This document shows positions 18,548 to 27,534 of a DNA stretch of 64,000 bases, in pieces. The position numbers were made by a program, and so were the translations under genes. The notes beneath the pieces are model-generated. The model ran no database searches. It was not told the DNA's origin and worked only from the letters and a program-made list of their open reading frames with translations. Origin of the DNA: Gemmatimonadota bacterium (lineage in GTDB: Bacteria; Gemmatimonadota; Gemmatimonadetes; JACCXV01); contig DATBJZ010000138.1 in assembly GCA_036556125.1 (NCBI GenBank), forward strand, positions 124 to 64,123, read 5' to 3'. Position 1 is the stretch's first letter. The number at the start of each line of letters is the position of its first letter.

Positions 18548-20397
18548 GCGCGGGGAGCGGGAGGGGCCGTGCCCGCGGGTGTCGGCGCGTCATCCGACGG
18601 GGAGGCGGCCGGCCGCGCCGCGGCCCCCTGCGCATCGGATGCCTGGGCATCGGCTGCCTGCGCATCGGATGCCTGGGCGTCGGCAGCCTGCTGTCCGCCG
18701 TTCGACGCCGCGGCTTCGGGGGCGCCCGCCGCGGCCGGCTGCGCGCGGGGCAGCTCCACCAGGAAACGGGCGCCTCCGCCCGGCGCGTCCTCGCACCACG
18801 CGCGGCCGCCGTGCTGCGTCGTCAGCTCGCGCACGACGGCCAGCCCGATGCCGGTGCCGGCCACGGCCGACTGCTCCTCGCGCGCCATCCGCCAGAACCG
18901 CTCCCAGACCCGGCGCCGGTCGCGCGAGGGGATTCCCGGGCCCTGGTCGTCCACCCGGATCCTGGCGCAGTCGCCGGCGGCGGCCGTGGCGACGGTCACG
19001 GTCTGGCCCGGAGGTCCGTACTTCACGGCGTTGTCCAGCAGGTTCAGGAGGATCTGCCGCATCGCGTTCCGGTCCACGCAGACCACGAGCCCCTCCGCGA
19101 GCTCGGTCCGGATCGTCACCTGCCGGGCGAGCGCCAGCGGCAGGAAGCCGTCCACGACCTCGCGGACCAGGCCGGTGAGCTCGGTCGGCTCGGGCGCCAG
19201 CCGCACGGCGCCGCGCTCCGCGCGCGAGAACAGCAGGACGTTCTCGACGAGGTGCGTGAGCCGGCGCGCCTCCTGGTCCACGATCTCGAGCGAGCGCCGG
19301 CGCTCCTCCGCGGAGCGCACGCGGCCCAGCAGCAGCGTCTCCGCGAACATCCGGATCTGCGCCAGCGGCGTGCGGAGCTCGTGCGAGACGTTCGACACGA
19401 ACTCCGCGCGCAGCGCGGCGAGCTCGTACTCCCGGCGGTGCTGGAGCAGCGCCATCCCGACCAGCCCGGCGGTCAGTCCGAGGAGGCCCACCAGCAGCGG
19501 CAGCCGCGACTTGGGGACGCCGCCGATCACCAGGCGCTCCGCGACCTCGGGCCGGATGGCGACGTGCACGGTCAGGCCCCCGTAGCGGCTGCCGACGGTG
19601 TCCGACGCGGCGAAGGCCTCGGGGTAGCGGACGGGTGAATGGAAGATCTCGCGTCCATCGGCGTCGGTGACCGAGATCGCCATCAGAGAGTCGGTCGGCA
19701 TCGAGCCGATCAGCGAGGGCGGCAGGAGCGTCCCCTCGCTCCCGATCCAGCGCAGGATCGGGCGGAGCGCGTCGGGGTCGAGCTCGAAGCCGACGACGCT
19801 GCGCACCCGCTCGTCTTCCCGCCCGAGCGAGTAGACCACCGCGCGCGGGGCTTCCATCCGCATCGGCAGCGGTGCGTCGTGCTTCGCCGACCCGGCGGAG
19901 CGGACCAGCACGGCGAACGTCCACTCCGGGTCGTACACGGCGCGGGCGTGCTCCGGGATCGTGTCGCGCACCCACTGGCGCAGCGGAGCCGGATGCGTGC
20001 TCCCGCGCGTGCGCACCCAGCCCTCCCACAGGTCGGCCGAGAAGTAGGACTGCACGATCCCCGTCGCGTCCTCGTGCTTGCCGAGCTTGCGCAGCGTGAG
20101 CGCGAAGTCGTGCGGATCCGGGAGCGGCCGCTCGGGCGTCAGGGTCTCGGCGTGGCCGAGCGACTTGAGCGCGGTCGTGAAGTACCAGTGCAGGTCGTTC
20201 CGCAGGCCGCCGGCGTACTTCCACGCCGCGAAGGCCGCGTAGTCGCGGAGCGTGTTCTCGACGGCCTCGCGATGCGAGGTCGCCGCGCGGTGGGCCTGGT
20301 GCGCCAGCACGCCGGCGAGCCCGAGCGTGAGGAGCAGCAGCACCACGATGACGAGCGACTGCGGCCGCTGGCCGCGTCTGCGGGTGGGCGCGCGCAC
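18544..20397 (-). CDS. Sensor histidine kinase (transmembrane, periplasmic sensor, HisKA + HATPase)
   Basis: TM1 SLVIVVLLLLTLGLAGVL, TM2 LPLLVGLLGLTAGLVGMALL. H-box VSHELRTPLAQI. N/G boxes LLNLLDNAVKYG, DDQGPGI, GTGIGLAVV. The start is the GTG at about 20397 or the TTG at 20523. Repetitive Ala/Asp/Gln C-terminal tail. Confidence 0.85.
   Translation of the reverse strand: MRAPTRRRGQRPQSLVIVVLLLLTLGLAGVLAHQAHRAATSHREAVENTLRDYAAFAAWKYAGGLRNDLHWYFTTALKSLGHAETLTPERPLPDPHDFALTLRKLGKHEDATGIVQSYFSADLWEGWVRTRGSTHPAPLRQWVRDTIPEHARAVYDPEWTFAVLVRSAGSAKHDAPLPMRMEAPRAVVYSLGREDERVRSVVGFELDPDALRPILRWIGSEGTLLPPSLIGSMPTDSLMAISVTDADGREIFHSPVRYPEAFAASDTVGSRYGGLTVHVAIRPEVAERLVIGGVPKSRLPLLVGLLGLTAGLVGMALLQHRREYELAALRAEFVSNVSHELRTPLAQIRMFAETLLLGRVRSAEERRRSLEIVDQEARRLTHLVENVLLFSRAERGAVRLAPEPTELTGLVREVVDGFLPLALARQVTIRTELAEGLVVCVDRNAMRQILLNLLDNAVKYGPPGQTVTVATAAAGDCARIRVDDQGPGIPSRDRRRVWERFWRMAREEQSAVAGTGIGLAVVRELTTQHGGRAWCEDAPGGGARFLVELPRAQPAAAGAPEAAASNGGQQAADAQASDAQAADAQASDAQGAAARPAASPSDDAPTPAGTAPPAPRA
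18631..18690. repeat. Tandem duplication of a 30-nt unit (2 copies, about 2 mismatches) inside the histidine-kinase 3' end
   Basis: cgcatcggatgcctgggcatcggctgcctg followed by cgcatcggatgcctgggcgtcggcagcctg. Encodes the ADAQASDAQAADAQASDAQ tail. Confidence 0.7.
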
Positions 20398-20866
20398 GGT
20401 CCCACACTCTGCACGCCGGCGGCGCACCCGCAAGGCCGGCGCGGACTGGTTCCGGCCGCCCGCGCGCCGTTTCACCGAATTCTGACGTTTCGCGGACGGA
20501 TCCCGGACGGCCCCGCCACCCAAACCGCGGATCGCCGCCCTATGGTCCGGACGTCGCAGCCGGCCTCGAGGCCGGCGGCGGCGGTGGGGGGGTCGTGAAC
20601 GGCGGGCTCCGCATCCGGAGGTTCCCGATGCTCGATCGGCTGATGCTCCTCGTCGCGCCTCTGGCGTTCGCCTTCTTCCTCTCGGTGGGCGCGTGGGAGG
20701 CCGGCGGCGCGCCGCGCGCCGCCCTGGTCCACCCGGCCGTGGTGGTGGAGGTCCCGCGCGCCGGCGGGGTCGCCGTCTCCGCGCGGGCGGCCCTCCCGTC
20801 GCACGCCCCGGACGGCACGGCCGCCGCGCCGTGCACGCACGCCCGGCACGCGGCCGTCCGCGTCTC

Positions 20867-21343
20867 GTGACCGCCGTCGCCGGAACGCGGACGGCCGCGG
20901 TCCTCGCGCTCGCGGTCGTCGCCGCCTTCGCCGCCGCCGCGGCCGCGCCCGGTCGGCCGGGGGACGCGGAGACCCGATCGGACGAGGAGGCGATCCGCGC
21001 GACGATCGAGCGCTACTTCGAGGGGCACCGCACCGGGCACGGCGACGCGGCCGCCTCGGCGTTCCATCCGATCGCGCGTCTCGCCTGGATCCGCGAGGGA
21101 GCGCTGACGACGCGCAGCCTGGAGGAGTACCTGGCGGGCTTCTCGGGGCGTCCCGCCGACGACGAGGACCGGCGCCGCCGGCGCGTCGTGAACGTGGACG
21201 TGGCGGGCGACGCCGCCGTGGCCCGGCTCGAGCTCGACTACCCGGACGCAACCATCACCGACTTCATGACCCTGCTCGAGGTGGACGGGGAGTGGAAGAT
21301 CGTCCACAAGAGCTTCCACGTGCAGCCGAAGGAGGCATCCTGA
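20867..21343 (+). CDS. NTF2-like (putative lumazine-binding / SnoaL-like) secreted protein
   Basis: GTG start (VTAVAGTRTAAVLALAVVAAFAAAAAAPGRP signal) inside the longer 20693-21343 ORF. Domain EEAIRATIERYFEGHRTGHGDAAASAFHPIARLAW...LLEVDGEWKIVHKSFHV. Confidence 0.65.
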   Translation: MTAVAGTRTAAVLALAVVAAFAAAAAAPGRPGDAETRSDEEAIRATIERYFEGHRTGHGDAAASAFHPIARLAWIREGALTTRSLEEYLAGFSGRPADDEDRRRRRVVNVDVAGDAAVARLELDYPDATITDFMTLLEVDGEWKIVHKSFHVQPKEAS

Positions 21344-21633
21344 TGAACACGGTCGCGAAGAGCACGCTGGCCGTCGCCGCGTTCCTGCCGCTCGGCCTCC
21401 TCTTCGAGGTGGACTGGACCGCGGTCGTGGGGCGGCCCGTCCTCGCGGACGCCCGCTCGTCGGCCGGGGCGTTCGCAGCGGACACGCTGCGCGACAAGCG
21501 GCACGCCGGCGGAAAGGCCGGCTGCGAGAAGGGAGCGAAAGGCGGGCACGAGCGCCGCGGGGGGGCGGCGGACGAGGGCGGGCGCAGCGAGTCCGAGGCG
21601 CGCGAGACGGCGGCGGCGCGCGTCGCCTCTTGA
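21343..21633 (+). CDS. Hypothetical small secreted or membrane protein
   Basis: Its ATG overlaps the upstream TGA (TGATG). N-terminal hydrophobic MNTVAKSTLAVAAFLPLGLLFEVDW, then a charged tail. Confidence 0.4.
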   Translation: MNTVAKSTLAVAAFLPLGLLFEVDWTAVVGRPVLADARSSAGAFAADTLRDKRHAGGKAGCEKGAKGGHERRGGAADEGGRSESEARETAAARVAS

Positions 21634-22133
21634 GAGGGACCTCGGCCGCCGTTTCGCCGGAGGCGCGGGGGCTCGCCTTCCCCCGCCTCGGACGGGGCGG
21701 CCGGTCTCCGCGCGAGTCCGCGATCCCGACCGGCGGCGCGGACGCGCAGACGGCGCTCACGAACGACGATCGGGACGCGCAGACCGCGGTCGCACTGTAC
21801 CTGGACGCGCTTCGCGCCCGCGACGTCGCAGGTCTCCGCCGCGCGCTTCATCCCCGGGTGAAGGTGGTGTACCTGCGGGGCGACGGCCGGGCGAGACAGC
21901 TCACGCGAGCCGCGTGGCTGCGTCAGTTCGAGACCCGTCCGGTGCCCCGGGAGGAGGTCCTGATCGCGGCGCGCGCGTTGGGGAGCCGCCAGGCCGGAGA
22001 CCGCGCGGTGGCGCGCATCGAGCGCCGCTACCCCGGCGGCGCGTACGCCGAATGGCTCTGGCTGCGGCGGCTGGGCCCGCGGTGGAGCGTGGTCGCGAAC
22101 GTCATCCGGTGGGAGGACGCCGCGGACGCCTGA
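21630..22133 (+). CDS. NTF2-like / DUF4440-like protein
   Basis: TTG start overlapping the upstream stop. TAVALYLDALRARDVAGLRRALHPRVKVVYLRGDG...WSVVANVIRWEDA. Confidence 0.55.
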   Translation: MRGTSAAVSPEARGLAFPRLGRGGRSPRESAIPTGGADAQTALTNDDRDAQTAVALYLDALRARDVAGLRRALHPRVKVVYLRGDGRARQLTRAAWLRQFETRPVPREEVLIAARALGSRQAGDRAVARIERRYPGGAYAEWLWLRRLGPRWSVVANVIRWEDAADA

Positions 22134-22142
22134 ACGAGCCGG

Positions 22143-23711
22143 TCAGGACCCGCCCGCCCTCTTCTTCTTTCCAGCCCGGGCGTCGATGTCGGCGCCGGGC
22201 GGCGCCACGACGGCGGCACGGCGGTCCGGCTCCGGGGCTTCCGCCGCCCCCGGTCCGGGAGGCAGCGGGAGCGGCGGCCCGACCTCGCCCGTCTCGAGGA
22301 CGAGCGGCGGCTTCGCCATCTCGGCCTCGACGTCGGCGATCGATCGCGGGATCCGTGCGGTCATGTCCACCGGGTCCCCCTCGGTGACGAGCACGTCGTT
22401 CTCGATGCGGACCCCGATGTCGTACCACTTCGGGTCCACGCCGGGCCAGCCGTCGCGGATGTAGATCCCCGGCTCGTTCGAGAGGACCATGCCCGGCCGG
22501 AAGGCGCGCGGCGAGCCGTCCGGCTCGGTGTAGCTGCCGGCGTCGTGCACGTCGAGCCCCAGCCAGTGGCTGAGGCCGTGCATGTAGAAGTCCTGGAAGG
22601 CGCCGGACTGGAGGTTCTCCTCGACGGAGCCCTTCAGGATGCCGAGTCGCACGAGCCCCTCGGTCACGACGCGCGCCGCCGCCAGACTCGCCTCGCCCAT
22701 CGTGTGTCCGGGGCGCATCAGCCGGAACGCGGCGTCCTGCGCGTCCACGATGATCTGGTAGATCTCGCGCTGCTCGGGGGTGAAGCGTCCGCTCACGGGG
22801 ATGGTGCGCGTCACGTCGGCCGAGTACATCGCGTACTCCGCCCCGATGTCGATCACCATCACCTCGCCCTCGCGCATCACGCGGGAGTTCTCCTCGTAGT
22901 GCAGCGTGGTGGAGTTCGGCCCCGACCCGACGATCGAGGGGAATCCGAAGCGCCGCGCGCCGAGCGTGCGGTAGAGGTAGTACTGGAGGGCCTCCAGGTC
23001 GTACTCGTGGAGGCCGGGAGTCGCCGCGCGCATCGACGCCCGGTGCGCCTGCTCGGTGACGTCGATCGCGCGCTGGATCCGCGCCACCTCCTCCGGCGAC
23101 TTGATGAGTCGCATCTCGTGGACGATCGGAAGCGGGCTCGGAAAACCCGCCTGGCCGGGCGTCTCGGCGTCCGGCTGGACGCCGCCGCCCTCCGCCGCGG
23201 CCGGTCCCGTCCACTCCCGCAGCCGCGGCCCGAAGTCGAGGTCGCCCGCGGAGCTGTAGAGGACGCGCGACGCTCCCCTGAGGAGCCGGGGCATCACGGC
23301 GGGCAGGCTGTCGAGGACGAACGCCTGGTCCGCCCGGAAGACCTCCTTCGCGCGCTCGGGGCCCCAGCGGAAGCCCGTCCACACCTCCTCGTCCGGGTTG
23401 CGCGGACGGACGAACAGCGTGTAGCCCGGCTTCCCCTCGTCCGCGGAGAGCACCGCCACCGCCTCGGGCTCCTCGAACCCGGTCAGGTAGTAGAAGTCGC
23501 TGTCCTGGCGGTACGGGTAGTCCACGTCGTCGTTCCGGTTCAGAACGGGCCTGGCGTGGAACACGGCGACCCCGGAGTCGAGACGGCGGAGGAACTCCGC
23601 GCGGCGCTCGGCGAACATCGCCGGCTGCTCCACGCCGTCCTGCGGCACCTGGGCCGCCGCCGGGACGCCGATGAGGAGGAGGAGGAACAGGCCGCGGAAA
23701 CCGGAGATCAT
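22143..23711 (-). CDS. Xaa-Pro aminopeptidase (M24B, PepP-like) with signal peptide
   Basis: Signal MISGFRGLFLLLLIGVPAAAQ. M24 metal-binding motifs VIDIGAEYAMYSADVTRT, HGLSHWLGLDVHD, SNEPGIY, RIENDVLV. 522 aa. Confidence 0.9.
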   Translation of the reverse strand: MISGFRGLFLLLLIGVPAAAQVPQDGVEQPAMFAERRAEFLRRLDSGVAVFHARPVLNRNDDVDYPYRQDSDFYYLTGFEEPEAVAVLSADEGKPGYTLFVRPRNPDEEVWTGFRWGPERAKEVFRADQAFVLDSLPAVMPRLLRGASRVLYSSAGDLDFGPRLREWTGPAAAEGGGVQPDAETPGQAGFPSPLPIVHEMRLIKSPEEVARIQRAIDVTEQAHRASMRAATPGLHEYDLEALQYYLYRTLGARRFGFPSIVGSGPNSTTLHYEENSRVMREGEVMVIDIGAEYAMYSADVTRTIPVSGRFTPEQREIYQIIVDAQDAAFRLMRPGHTMGEASLAAARVVTEGLVRLGILKGSVEENLQSGAFQDFYMHGLSHWLGLDVHDAGSYTEPDGSPRAFRPGMVLSNEPGIYIRDGWPGVDPKWYDIGVRIENDVLVTEGDPVDMTARIPRSIADVEAEMAKPPLVLETGEVGPPLPLPPGPGAAEAPEPDRRAAVVAPPGADIDARAGKKKRAGGS

Positions 23712-23809
23712 CGTCTGCGCTCCTGACGCGAGGGGTTCGAAGAGGATCGTCAAGCTGCGACGCCCGGGGCCGAACGGCCACGACCCGGGACGGAACGACG
23801 GCGCCGGCC

Positions 23810-24337
23810 TCATCGCCTGCGCCGCCGCGGGGCGAGCGCCTCCAGGAGCGCCCGCAGCCCCTCCGCCGTCGCGCCGTGCAGGAAGCCGCCGTCCACCAGC
23901 ACGTTGGGCGCGAGCCGGCACGCCCCGAGGCACTCGGTGACGTCCAGCCGGACCTCGCCGCCGGCGGTCTCGCCGCCGGGGACCAGGCCCCACTCCTCGC
24001 GCAGCAGGCGGAGAAGGGCCGGAGCCCCCGCCGCACGACACGCACGGTGGACGCACACCACGACGTCGCACGGGGCGGTCCGCCGGAGCGGGGCGGTGCG
24101 CGTCCCGGCCACGAACTCGCGCAGGTCCGCGGGTCTGACGCCGAGCGCCCGCCCCGCCAGGCGGAGGTCGTCGTCCGACAGCGCGCCGCGCACCGAGCGC
24201 ACGGCCTCGAGCACCGGAACGATCGCCGCCCCGTCCATCCCGTGGTCCGCGATCAGGCGCCGGATCCGGTCCGCCAGGTCCGGCGGGAACGCGTCCGCGG
24301 CCCCGGCTCCGCCGGCCGATCGACGCCCCACGCTCAC
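23810..24337 (-). CDS. Thioredoxin-like [2Fe-2S] ferredoxin (NuoE-like)
   Basis: Cys pattern CDVVVCVHRACRAAG...LDVTECLGACRLAPNVLVDG. Its GTG start overlaps the upstream TGA (GTGA). Confidence 0.7.
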   Translation of the reverse strand: MSVGRRSAGGAGAADAFPPDLADRIRRLIADHGMDGAAIVPVLEAVRSVRGALSDDDLRLAGRALGVRPADLREFVAGTRTAPLRRTAPCDVVVCVHRACRAAGAPALLRLLREEWGLVPGGETAGGEVRLDVTECLGACRLAPNVLVDGGFLHGATAEGLRALLEALAPRRRRR

Positions 24338-25197
24338 GAAGCCGCGCCCAGCATCCGTCGCAGGCCATCGGGCAGGTCCACCATCTCGACGTCGAAGTCG
24401 GCGCGCATCGCGGTCGTGTCGCAGACGTTCGGCTCCGCCAGCATCGCGAGCTGGTCCCGCGTCACCGGCGGATCGGGCAGGATCCGCTCGGCCAGGGCGG
24501 CTCCGGCGCGCGCCAGCGGGAGCGGGACGTGGACTCGCGGCCTGCGGCGGCCGGACGCGCGCATCAGCTCGCCCATCAGGGCCTCGAGCGTCCAGCGTCT
24601 CGGGCCGCCGAGCTCGTACGTCCGCCCGACCGTGACAGGGCGCCCGAGAGCGCCCAGGAAGCACGCCGTGACGTCGCCGATCCACACCGGCTGGAGCAGG
24701 CTGCGACCGTCCCCGGGAACGGGCGCCACCGGGCTCCATCGGAGGATGCCGAGCAGGCGCGATACGAAGCCGTCCCCGGGTCCGTACACCACCGACGGAC
24801 GATGGATCGTCCAGTCCAGGCCGCTCCCCCGCACCGCCTCCTCACCCGCCCACTTCGTGCGGTGGTAGGGGGTCGTCGCTCCCGGGCGGGCGCCGAGGGC
24901 GCTCATGTGGACGATGCGCCGGACGCCCGCCGCGTGCGCGGCGGCCACGACGTTCTCCGTCCCGCGCGCGTGCACCGCCTCGAACGTGTTGCGGCCGCGC
25001 TCCTGGATGATGCCGACCAGGTGGATGACGGCCGAGGCGCCGGCGAACGCCCCCGTGAGGGCGGCGCGGTCGGTCACGTCGGCGGCGACGGCCTCGACGC
25101 CGCGCACGGAGAGATCCGAGGCCGCCGGGGCGCTCCGCGACAGGACCCGCACCGCCAGACCACGGTCCAGGGCGGCGAGGGCCAGGTGGCGCCCCAC
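24334..25197 (-). CDS. NAD(P)H-binding complex-I NDUFA9-like / NmrA-like protein; true start probably upstream, near 25236
   Basis: VHMSALGARP...YHRTKWAGEEAV...VYGPGD. The Rossmann motif IAITGGTGFVG is encoded in frame just upstream of the first canonical start (GTG at 25197), preceded by AAGGAA with no ATG/GTG/TTG. Confidence 0.7.
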   Translation of the reverse strand: MGRHLALAALDRGLAVRVLSRSAPAASDLSVRGVEAVAADVTDRAALTGAFAGASAVIHLVGIIQERGRNTFEAVHARGTENVVAAAHAAGVRRIVHMSALGARPGATTPYHRTKWAGEEAVRGSGLDWTIHRPSVVYGPGDGFVSRLLGILRWSPVAPVPGDGRSLLQPVWIGDVTACFLGALGRPVTVGRTYELGGPRRWTLEALMGELMRASGRRRPRVHVPLPLARAGAALAERILPDPPVTRDQLAMLAEPNVCDTTAMRADFDVEMVDLPDGLRRMLGAAS

Positions 25198-25349
25198 GAA
25201 CCCCGTCCCGCCTGTGATCGCGATGGGCTCGGAAACCGTTGTGTTCCTTCCGCTTGAATGGATTCAGGAGCCCGGTTCCCGCCCCCCGGCCATCCTCTAT
25301 ATTATGCGCCTCCCGCTCCAGGTCACCCGACGCTCCACCCCGGCCGGCG

Positions 25350-26045
25350 ATGCCGCTCACGGACAGGATCGTGCTCGTGACCGGCGCGACGGGCGGAGTC
25401 GGCCCCGCCGTGTCGCGGATGCTGGTGTCGGAGGGGGCGCACGTCGTCGTCGTCTCGCGCCGCGAGGACGCCGCGTGCGAGCTGGCGCGCGAGCTGGTGG
25501 AGGCGCACGGCTTCGGAGCGGACCTGACGGACGAGGCTGCGGTCGGCGACCTGCTGGGCCGGATCCTGTCGGAGGTGGGCCGCGTCGACGCCCTGGTGCA
25601 CCTGACCGGCGGGTACTCGGGCGGCGCGCCCGTGGCACGCACCGCGAGCGCGGACTGGGAGCGCATGCTCGCGCTCAATCTGCGCTCGGCGTTCCTCACG
25701 ATCCGCGCGGTGCTCCCCGGCATGCTCGACCGGGGGAGCGGGAGCATCGTCACGGTCGGCTCCCGGGCGGCGTTCGAGGAGGGGGCGGGGATGGCGGCCT
25801 ACGCGGTGGCGAAGTCCGCGCTCCTCAGGCTCACGGAGGTCCTGGCGGCCGAGGTGCGGACGGGCGGGATCCGGGTCAACGCGGTCGCGCTCTCCACGGT
25901 GGACACTCCGGCGAACCGCGAGGCGATGCCGCGCGCGAAGCACGACGCGTGGGTGAAGCCGGAGGACGTCGGGCGCGCGATCGTGTTCCTGCTGGGAGCC
26001 GAGGCGGTGAGCGGGGCGGTGCTGAAGGTGTACGGTGCGGCCTGA
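25350..26045 (+). CDS. SDR-family short-chain dehydrogenase/reductase
   Basis: MPLTDRIVLVTGATGGVG (TGxxxGxG) and the YAVAK catalytic motif. Confidence 0.9.
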   Translation: MPLTDRIVLVTGATGGVGPAVSRMLVSEGAHVVVVSRREDAACELARELVEAHGFGADLTDEAAVGDLLGRILSEVGRVDALVHLTGGYSGGAPVARTASADWERMLALNLRSAFLTIRAVLPGMLDRGSGSIVTVGSRAAFEEGAGMAAYAVAKSALLRLTEVLAAEVRTGGIRVNAVALSTVDTPANREAMPRAKHDAWVKPEDVGRAIVFLLGAEAVSGAVLKVYGAA

Positions 26046-26097
26046 GAGCGTCCGCCCGGGGCGAGTCGGCGGCCGCGAGACGCACGGAGAGGGCACG

Positions 26098-27534
26098 ATG
26101 ACGGACGTTCTGGAGGCCACGCGGACCTTTCCGTTCCTGCTGGCCGGGGAGCTGGTCGAGGGCGGCCCGGGCTGGGACGTGCGGAGCCCGTGGTCGGGCG
26201 AGGTCGTCGGCCGCGCCGCGGCGGGCTCGAGCGCCGACGTCCGGCGCGCGATCGCGGCGGCCGCGGAGGCGGCGCGCGAGGCGCGCGCGATGCCGTCGCA
26301 CGCCCGCGCGACGGTGCTGGACCGGATCCACGCCGGACTTCTGGAGCGCCGCGACGAGGTCGCCGCGCTGCTCGCGCGCGAGGCGGGGAAGCCCGTCACC
26401 AGCGCCCGGCTCGAGATCGACCGCGCGCTCTTCGTCTTCGAGACCGCCGGGGAGGAGGCGAAGCGGATCGGGGGCGAGGTCCTGCCGCTGGACCTGGTGC
26501 CCGCGGGAGAGGGTCGGTGGGGCGTCACCCGGCGCTTCCCGCTCGCGCCGATCTCCGCGATCACGCCGTTCAACTTCCCGGTGCTCCTCGCGGCCCACAA
26601 GCTGGCGCCGGCGATCGCCTGCGGCGCGACGATCGTTCTGAAGCCGCCGCCGCAGGACCCGCTCTCCTCGCTGGTTCTCGCGGAGATCGTGCAGTCCGCC
26701 GGCTATCCGGCCGGCGCCGTGAGCGTCGTCCCCTGCTCCGTCGAGGACGCGGCCCCGCTCCTCGACGACCCTCGCGTGCGGATGGTGACGTTCACCGGCT
26801 CGGCGCGCGTGGGCTGGATGATCCGCGAGCGCGCGGTCCGTAAGAAGGTGGCGCTCGAGCTGGGGGGGAACGCCGCGATCCTCGTCGAGCCGGACGCCGA
26901 CCTCGACCTCGCCGCCGCACGCTGCACCCTCGGGGGCTACTCGTACGCGGGCCAGTCGTGCATCTCCGTGCAGCGGATCCTGGTGCACGAGGACGTCTAC
27001 GACGCCTTCGTGGAGCGGTTCGTGGCGCGCGTGGCCGCGCTGCGCACGGGCGATCCGCTCGACGAAACGACCGACGTGGGTCCCCTCATCGACGAGGCGA
27101 ACGCCGTGCGCGCGCAGTCCTGGATCGAGGAGGCGGTGCGCGGCGGAGCCGTGCTGGCCACCGGCGGCGGCCGGAACGGTGCCGTCCTCGACCCGACGGT
27201 GCTGCTCGACACCACGAGCGGGATGCGGGTGAACTGCGAGGAGGTGTTCGCCCCGGTCACGACCGTGCGCCGCTACCGCGAGTTCGATGAGGCGCTGGAG
27301 GAGCTGAACGCCTCGCCGTACGGCCTCCAGGCGGGCCTCTTCACCCACGACCTGCGGCGCGTGCGCCGCGCGTTCGAGCAAGCCGAGGTGGGAGGCCTGA
27401 TCGTGAACGACATCTCCGGCTTCCGTGTTGACCACATGCCGTACGGCGGCGTGAAGGAGTCCGGGCACGGCCGTGAGGGAGTGCGCTACGCCATCGAGGA
27501 GATGACCGAGATGCGCCTGCTGGTCCTTTCGTGA
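26098..27534 (+). CDS. Aldehyde dehydrogenase family protein
   Basis: ATG after ggagagggcacg. ALDH motifs FTGSARVGW, ELGGNAAILV, catalytic YAGQSCIS. Confidence 0.9.
   Translation: MTDVLEATRTFPFLLAGELVEGGPGWDVRSPWSGEVVGRAAAGSSADVRRAIAAAAEAAREARAMPSHARATVLDRIHAGLLERRDEVAALLAREAGKPVTSARLEIDRALFVFETAGEEAKRIGGEVLPLDLVPAGEGRWGVTRRFPLAPISAITPFNFPVLLAAHKLAPAIACGATIVLKPPPQDPLSSLVLAEIVQSAGYPAGAVSVVPCSVEDAAPLLDDPRVRMVTFTGSARVGWMIRERAVRKKVALELGGNAAILVEPDADLDLAAARCTLGGYSYAGQSCISVQRILVHEDVYDAFVERFVARVAALRTGDPLDETTDVGPLIDEANAVRAQSWIEEAVRGGAVLATGGGRNGAVLDPTVLLDTTSGMRVNCEEVFAPVTTVRRYREFDEALEELNASPYGLQAGLFTHDLRRVRRAFEQAEVGGLIVNDISGFRVDHMPYGGVKESGHGREGVRYAIEEMTEMRLLVLS

Noticed and set aside
18631-18690. Direct repeats considered as possible CRISPR
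   Set aside because: Only two adjacent copies, with no spacers, inside a coding region. The same reasoning applies to the 60115-60300 repeats (coding SR tail). No CRISPR array is present.
20595-20870. 91-aa plus-strand ORF upstream of the NTF2-like gene
   Set aside because: Overlaps the histidine-kinase 5' region and promoter. Hydrophobic but no family signal. Reading it exposed a 1-nt discrepancy between my base indexing and the ORF track.
22102-24045. 647-aa minus-strand ORF
   Set aside because: Alternate frame of the pepP and NuoE-like genes; Arg/Gly-rich.
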